Of a stretch of DNA of 20,000 nt, positions 16,494 through 20,000 are shown one piece after another. The notes under the pieces were generated by a model. It made no database searches and was not told where the DNA came from. It was given only the letters and a program-made list of their open reading frames with translations. The first letter of the stretch is position 1, and each line of letters begins with the position of its first letter. The DNA is from an uncultured virus (IMG/VR IMGVR_UViG_3300031994_005371) (taxonomy: Duplodnaviria; Heunggongvirae; Uroviricota; Caudoviricetes), in IMG/VR virus record IMGVR_UViG_3300031994_005371; one strand, written 5' to 3'. The position numbers were made by a program, and so were the translations under genes.

Positions 16494-16673
16494 GTGCCGG
16501 TCTTTCCCGGCTGTCAAAGAAGTTTTTAGTGAATAGTAATGACTAATAGCGCATCACTGCGTTTGGAGGCGGTGACGGGACTCGAACCCGCGACCCCATG
16601 ATACATGTGGTAGTTCTCATGCGCTCTACCTTCTGAAGCTACACCGCCACGTCCGAGTCTTTCCTCGGTGTCA
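16494..16673 (-). repeat. Two copies of a 23-nt TGACA-stem-GAAAGA-stem-AC hairpin, each 2 nt 5' of a tRNA
   Basis: TGACA GCCGG GAAAGA CCGGC AC (16494-16516) and TGACA CCGAG GAAAGA CTCGG AC (16651-16673); compensatory stem changes. Confidence 0.8.
16564..16648 (-). ncRNA. tRNA-like RNA with intact acceptor, D and T arms, encoded CCA, and a 15-nt anticodon loop
   Basis: GGCGGTG/CACCGCC-T-CCA; D arm GCTT/GAGC; CATGA-GAACTACCACATGTA-TCATG; T arm GCGGG-TTCGAGT-CCCGT. Confidence 0.8.
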
Positions 16674-17128
16674 CCGATACCGCGAATTGCCTAATATGAG
16701 ATTATGTCGCAACGGCTTTCTCCGGCTCGCGACGGGCAAATAGTTGTGCGGAGGCTTCCCGTCGGGCCATATTCGTGGTAACGCCCTCTACGTCCCGTTC
16801 GGTTTCGGGACCGACTTTCGTGCGAACGCCTCCTCTTCACGGGTTGTCCCGGACGGCATATTCGGAACAACCTGCGCCCCTGGCGGGAAAATGAGAGCCC
16901 GGAGTATCGGTCAGGATAAACCGGGCTGGTTTTGGTTAGAGGAATATCCGTATCAATATTCTTATACGGGACTTGCACCCGCCCGCACGCCTTTTTCGTG
17001 CGTAAATAAAGAAATAGAAACGGTTATGAGTGCGGGACGAAGCGCATAGGCCCCGCGTTGTACTAACTAACTAATATGGCTTCTTCTCGATTTGAAATTC
17101 TTTTGCGCTTCCGCCGCATCGCTGCGGG

Positions 17129-17365
17129 TTATTGTAGTTCAGAGAGAAGGATTCCCGTAACTCCTCCGCGGGTAACTTTCTTCAAGTACCCCTCGCGGAT
17201 TTTCCGGGATATTGTCTGGCGCGTCTTGCCGGTGATTGTCGCGGCCTCGTTGATTGAAACAACACGGTCTTTCAGCTCGGCCTCCCGGAGGTCGTTGAAC
17301 CGGCGAAGCTCATAGACGAGCCCCATGATATTTTGATTCAGCTCCTCAATAATGTGGCTATCCAT
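17129..17365 (-). CDS. Excisionase-like HTH (HTH_17/MerR-like) protein
   Basis: VSINEAATITGKTRQTISRKIREGYL pattern; second gene of the early operon. Confidence 0.75.
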   Translation of the reverse strand: MDSHIIEELNQNIMGLVYELRRFNDLREAELKDRVVSINEAATITGKTRQTISRKIREGYLKKVTRGGVTGILLSELQ

Positions 17366-17603
17366 TTGCTACCGTGATTGTCACCTTGCAGGCGTTGTTC
17401 TGGATTTTTTCAACGTGAAAATAATATGCACGCTTTATTCCGTTTGCCTTGTTTCTGGAGTTTATATCATAGGCCATAGCCTTACAGGATTTCATGGCTT
17501 TTTCGGACGGGAAAAACAGCTCGTTCGCGCCCGGCTCCAGACAACACAAAAGCTCCGTCCACTTGTTATTGTGGATTAGTATTTGAATATCTGCTGCTGT
17601 CAT
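17358..17603 (-). CDS. First early-operon gene, hypothetical (Cro position)
   Basis: 81-aa ORF with A-rich upstream sequence, overlapping the xis-like gene. Confidence 0.7.
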   Translation of the reverse strand: MTAADIQILIHNNKWTELLCCLEPGANELFFPSEKAMKSCKAMAYDINSRNKANGIKRAYYFHVEKIQNNACKVTITVANG

Positions 17604-18058
17604 TGGATTTTAATTAGAAAATGAGAACCGGCAACAAGGAACCGCCCCTCGTCCCGGTTGTTCTATTCCCGCCCGCATCTATTTGTCGCCGACCTTGCCG
17701 ACGCATGATAATCGAGTACTTTGCGTGCGTTAAATATTTATCCCTATCCGCTACCTTGTAGCTCGTAGTAGTTTTGTCGTTTCTTTCGCTGATTTGCTTC
17801 TATTATTTTCCGGGTATGCCTCGCGCCCTACATTTTGACTTCCCAAACATTTCTTGTCGTATTGCTTGGGTTTCGCCCCGAAGAAGGATTGGCTACCTCC
17901 AAAGGGATTTCTTTCGGACTCGGTTTCCCCGGCCACGCGATTATACGCAAGGCGCGGTAATTAAGCTGAAACACGCCTGCGTGCCCGTTTTTGGCCCGGG
18001 CCGGCCTTCAGATTTGTCAAATAACTCAAAGATTGATTGTAAAAAGTAGGTTACTTAC

Positions 18059-18089
18059 TTTGAAAAGCCGAAGGAAATCCCTAAATTTG
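18059..18089 (+). promoter_or_regulatory. Rightward (repressor/lysogenic) Bacteroidota promoter
   Basis: TTTG 18059-18062, 19-nt spacer, TAAATTTG 18082-18089. Confidence 0.72.
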
Positions 18090-18170
18090 CCGTAGGAACT
18101 ATTGTAGGAGGCCGATTTAGGGTTTCCCCGGACTTTGTATATCAAAGAACTTACTTATTCAATCCGGGTA

Positions 18171-18201
18171 CAAAGTTAGGAGAAAAAACCGAACTTCCAA
18201 A
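18171..18201 (-). promoter_or_regulatory. Leftward (early lytic) Bacteroidota promoter
   Basis: Minus-strand TTTG (18198-18201), 19-nt spacer, TAACTTTG (18171-18178). Confidence 0.75.
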
Positions 18202-18242
18202 ACTTTTTGGAGAAAATCGACAAAATTTTTTGGAGAATATCG
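18198..18242. repeat. 22-bp direct repeat, candidate repressor operators
   Basis: CAAAACTTTTTGGAGAAAATCG (18198-18219) and CAAAATTTTTTGGAGAATATCG (18221-18242); first copy overlaps the leftward -33. Confidence 0.7.
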
Positions 18243-18272
18243 CAGCCGCCTGCTAAAACAAAACTTTGAGTT

Positions 18273-18611
18273 ATGGATAACAACGTGCAGAAACGGCTGC
18301 AGGAGGCCATAGATAGCCTCTGCAACGGCAACAAGTCGGAATTTTGCCGACGCATCGGGAAAGACGTATCTTCCTTGAAAGACATTATCGGAGAGAAGCG
18401 CAGCGCCCCTGGGTACGGACTTTTGTTCGCAATCCTGTCCTCGGATTTGGGGATTTCTCCAAATTGGCTCATGCTTGGGGAAGGCCCCATGCTTTCGGAT
18501 AAATCCCCTATCCCCGCTGGGAACGACGTGCATCACAACAACGTAGTAATAATTGGAAATCTTGGCGACCTGAAAGAAGTTGTCGCCGAGGCTATCCGTG
18601 AAAACCGATAG
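18273..18611 (+). CDS. CI-like XRE-family HTH repressor (no S24 peptidase domain)
   Basis: NKSEFCRRIG.DVSSL..I...R..P...LL..I......SPNWLMLGEGPM. Confidence 0.85.
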   Translation: MDNNVQKRLQEAIDSLCNGNKSEFCRRIGKDVSSLKDIIGEKRSAPGYGLLFAILSSDLGISPNWLMLGEGPMLSDKSPIPAGNDVHHNNVVIIGNLGDLKEVVAEAIRENR

Positions 18612-18614
18612 GCC

Positions 18615-18929
18615 ATGACGGAGATTGAAAGAATAAACTATTTGATAGAGGTTTTCGCCTGCGGTAACGCAAAGCAGTTTGCCGACAAGTGCTCTATCCG
18701 TCCAGATTCTTTAAGCCGGGTGCGGAACGGGAAGGGCTCCCCCTCTCACTTCTTCCCCCATATCCTCAAGGCCCTCCCCGACGTTCGCCGCGAATGGCTT
18801 TACAACGGCGAAGGCCGGGCGCTTCATTCCGAGGCTCAAAAAGACATTTTAACGGCCAAAATAGACACTTTGACGGAAGAAGTAAGGAAACTATCGGAAC
18901 TTGTGCAAAAGTGCCTGAAAACGCCTTAA
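18615..18929 (+). CDS. Second CI-like XRE-family HTH protein with C-terminal coiled coil
   Basis: ERINYLI.....NAKQFADKC.I....LSRVRNG.......I..ALPDV..EWLYNGEG. Confidence 0.85.
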   Translation: MTEIERINYLIEVFACGNAKQFADKCSIRPDSLSRVRNGKGSPSHFFPHILKALPDVRREWLYNGEGRALHSEAQKDILTAKIDTLTEEVRKLSELVQKCLKTP

Positions 18930-18933
18930 ATCG

Positions 18934-19120
18934 TTCGTCTAACTTTTCGTCTATTTCGTCTTACATTATTGCTACATAATAAGACAAATTATTACATAAT
19001 TTTACGTTTAACCATGACGAAACGAGTTGATAATCAGCGCTAAAATGCTCGCTATCAATCACTTTGGACGGCTCGCCAGTTTGCACTTTCCCAGCACCAC
19101 ATAATAAGCTGAAAATCAGT
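18934..19120. other. Probable prophage attachment region
   Basis: TTCGTCT x3 (18934, 18946, 18955), TGA(T/A)AATCA motifs at 19028 and 19110, tRNA-3'-end-like CCCAGCACCAC at 19090-19100, A/T-rich. Confidence 0.45.
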
Positions 19121-19133
19121 TAGTTACAAATTT

Positions 19134-19178
19134 ACGCACAACTTTTACGCATAATTGGCGAGAAGTTGTGCGTTTTTT
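19134..19178 (+). terminator. Intrinsic-terminator-like hairpin
   Basis: ACGCACAACTT...AAGTTGTGCGT stem followed by TTTTT. Confidence 0.6.
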
Positions 19179-19267
19179 GTGGCTTAAAAACAGCCGTGTT
19201 GCTCACCTGACGCTACGGGTCCATTCGAATGACATGGTATAAGCATTAGAGGCGTTTTTTAGCACAT

Positions 19268-19740
19268 CTATATCAGCCCCATATCCTTGACTGTTGAGGT
19301 AAGTTCGGCCGTGTTGGCAACATCAAATTTCACAAGGAGCTTCTTGCGGTACCACTTCACGGTTTCCGGGCTGAGGCCCAGACAGTCGGCGATTTGCGGT
19401 GTGGTATAGCCTTTGGTAAGCAACTCAAGGATCTCTTTTTCACGCTCAGATACTTGCGGCAGTCTGTCGTCGGATGTCGGCTGTCCCATCTCTTGAATGG
19501 TTTCTTCCAGAACGGCCGACACTTCGGCCTGTTCTTTCCGGGAACGACGAAGCTTCCTTCCAATCAGCAGGACCGCCAGCAGAAGCAGCAGGAGCAGGAT
19601 GGCCCCGCCGCCTAAAAGCATCATCTGCCGCCGCTGGGCAAGCAGCGCCGCCGACATATACTCGTAATTCTCTTTGGTAAAGGTAAGTTCCTCCTTGTCA
19701 TGGGCCGAAAAATATTCGTCGGCCTTGTGGAAATACCTGA
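19268..19740 (-). pseudogene. 3' part of a host membrane-anchored LuxR-family regulator (5'-truncated)
   Basis: TM helix then SEREKEILELLTKGYTTPQIADCLGLSPETVKWYRKKLLVKF LuxR HTH; upstream sensor domain missing; boundary approximate. Confidence 0.75.
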
Positions 19741-19919
19741 GCGTGTTCCTCATGCCTCCCACCCTAATTGCCGGCTTCTACGGCATGAACGTGAGACTTC
19801 CAATGATCAATGCCGATGACCCCAACGCCAATTTCTGGAACTGGGTTATCATCGTGGCCCTGATGGCCCTCAGTTGCCTTCTGGTATTTGTGCTGTTCAG
19901 AAGGAAGAAACTCCTATAG
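19734..19919 (+). pseudogene. corA: C-terminal fragment of a CorA-family Mg/Co transporter
   Basis: PPTLIAGFYGMNV signature (GMN) plus second TM helix and basic tail; cytoplasmic domain absent. Confidence 0.8.
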
Positions 19920-20000
19920 CAACCCCATTTCACGTGCCTGGAAAATGAGCTCCGGAGTGTTTGCAACGTCAAACTTCTGGAGCAGTTTTTTTCTGTACCA

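Noticed and set aside
15576..16529. Long ORF-track calls 15576..16355, 16273..16458, 16314..16529 (and 2400..2582)
   Set aside because: They run through or antisense to tRNA genes; the real start of the HTH gene is most likely 16097
16564..16648. Amber suppressor tRNA (CTA in the loop) or recoded genetic code
   Set aside because: CTA is not preceded by U33 in a 7-nt loop, and TAG serves as a normal stop for several genes here (e.g. 4574, 1540, 18611)
16100..16660. Theta (HDV-like) ribozymes at tRNA 3' ends
   Set aside because: The trailers do not begin with a G-initiated P1 or show the nested pseudoknot core; only simple hairpins were seen. A covariance search would be decisive

Overview
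Most of the window (1 to about 19100) is the early/replication arm and right-hand end of a temperate prophage from a Bacteroidota (Bacteroidales-type) host; the host assignment rests on three TTTG-N19/20-TAnnTTTG promoters. Reading right to left on the minus strand: a face-to-face promoter switch with two tandem CI-like HTH genes on the plus strand, a long structured leader, an excisionase-like HTH, a second structured non-coding block and a tRNA cluster (a tRNA-like RNA with a 15-nt anticodon loop, Leu-CAA, the rare Leu-AAG, Gln-TTG). Then come an ERF/exonuclease/SSB recombination module, three DNA-methyltransferase-type genes, RNase HI, a replication-initiator-like protein, an AEP primase-SF4 helicase fusion, a small CLec-fold protein whose 3' end looks like a DGR variable region, a GNAT, and an antisense tRNA-Lys/tRNA-fMet cassette with its own promoter. 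Two genes are each broken at a G9 tract (candidate phase-variable switches). Several proteins end in beta-clamp-binding-like motifs, a CTTTGAGTTATG motif recurs at start codons, and a manual scan found no GATC in the phage part. The last ~750 bp is host-like DNA holding two back-to-back 5'-truncated genes (membrane LuxR regulator and CorA). All calls come from manual reading and no database searches were run.
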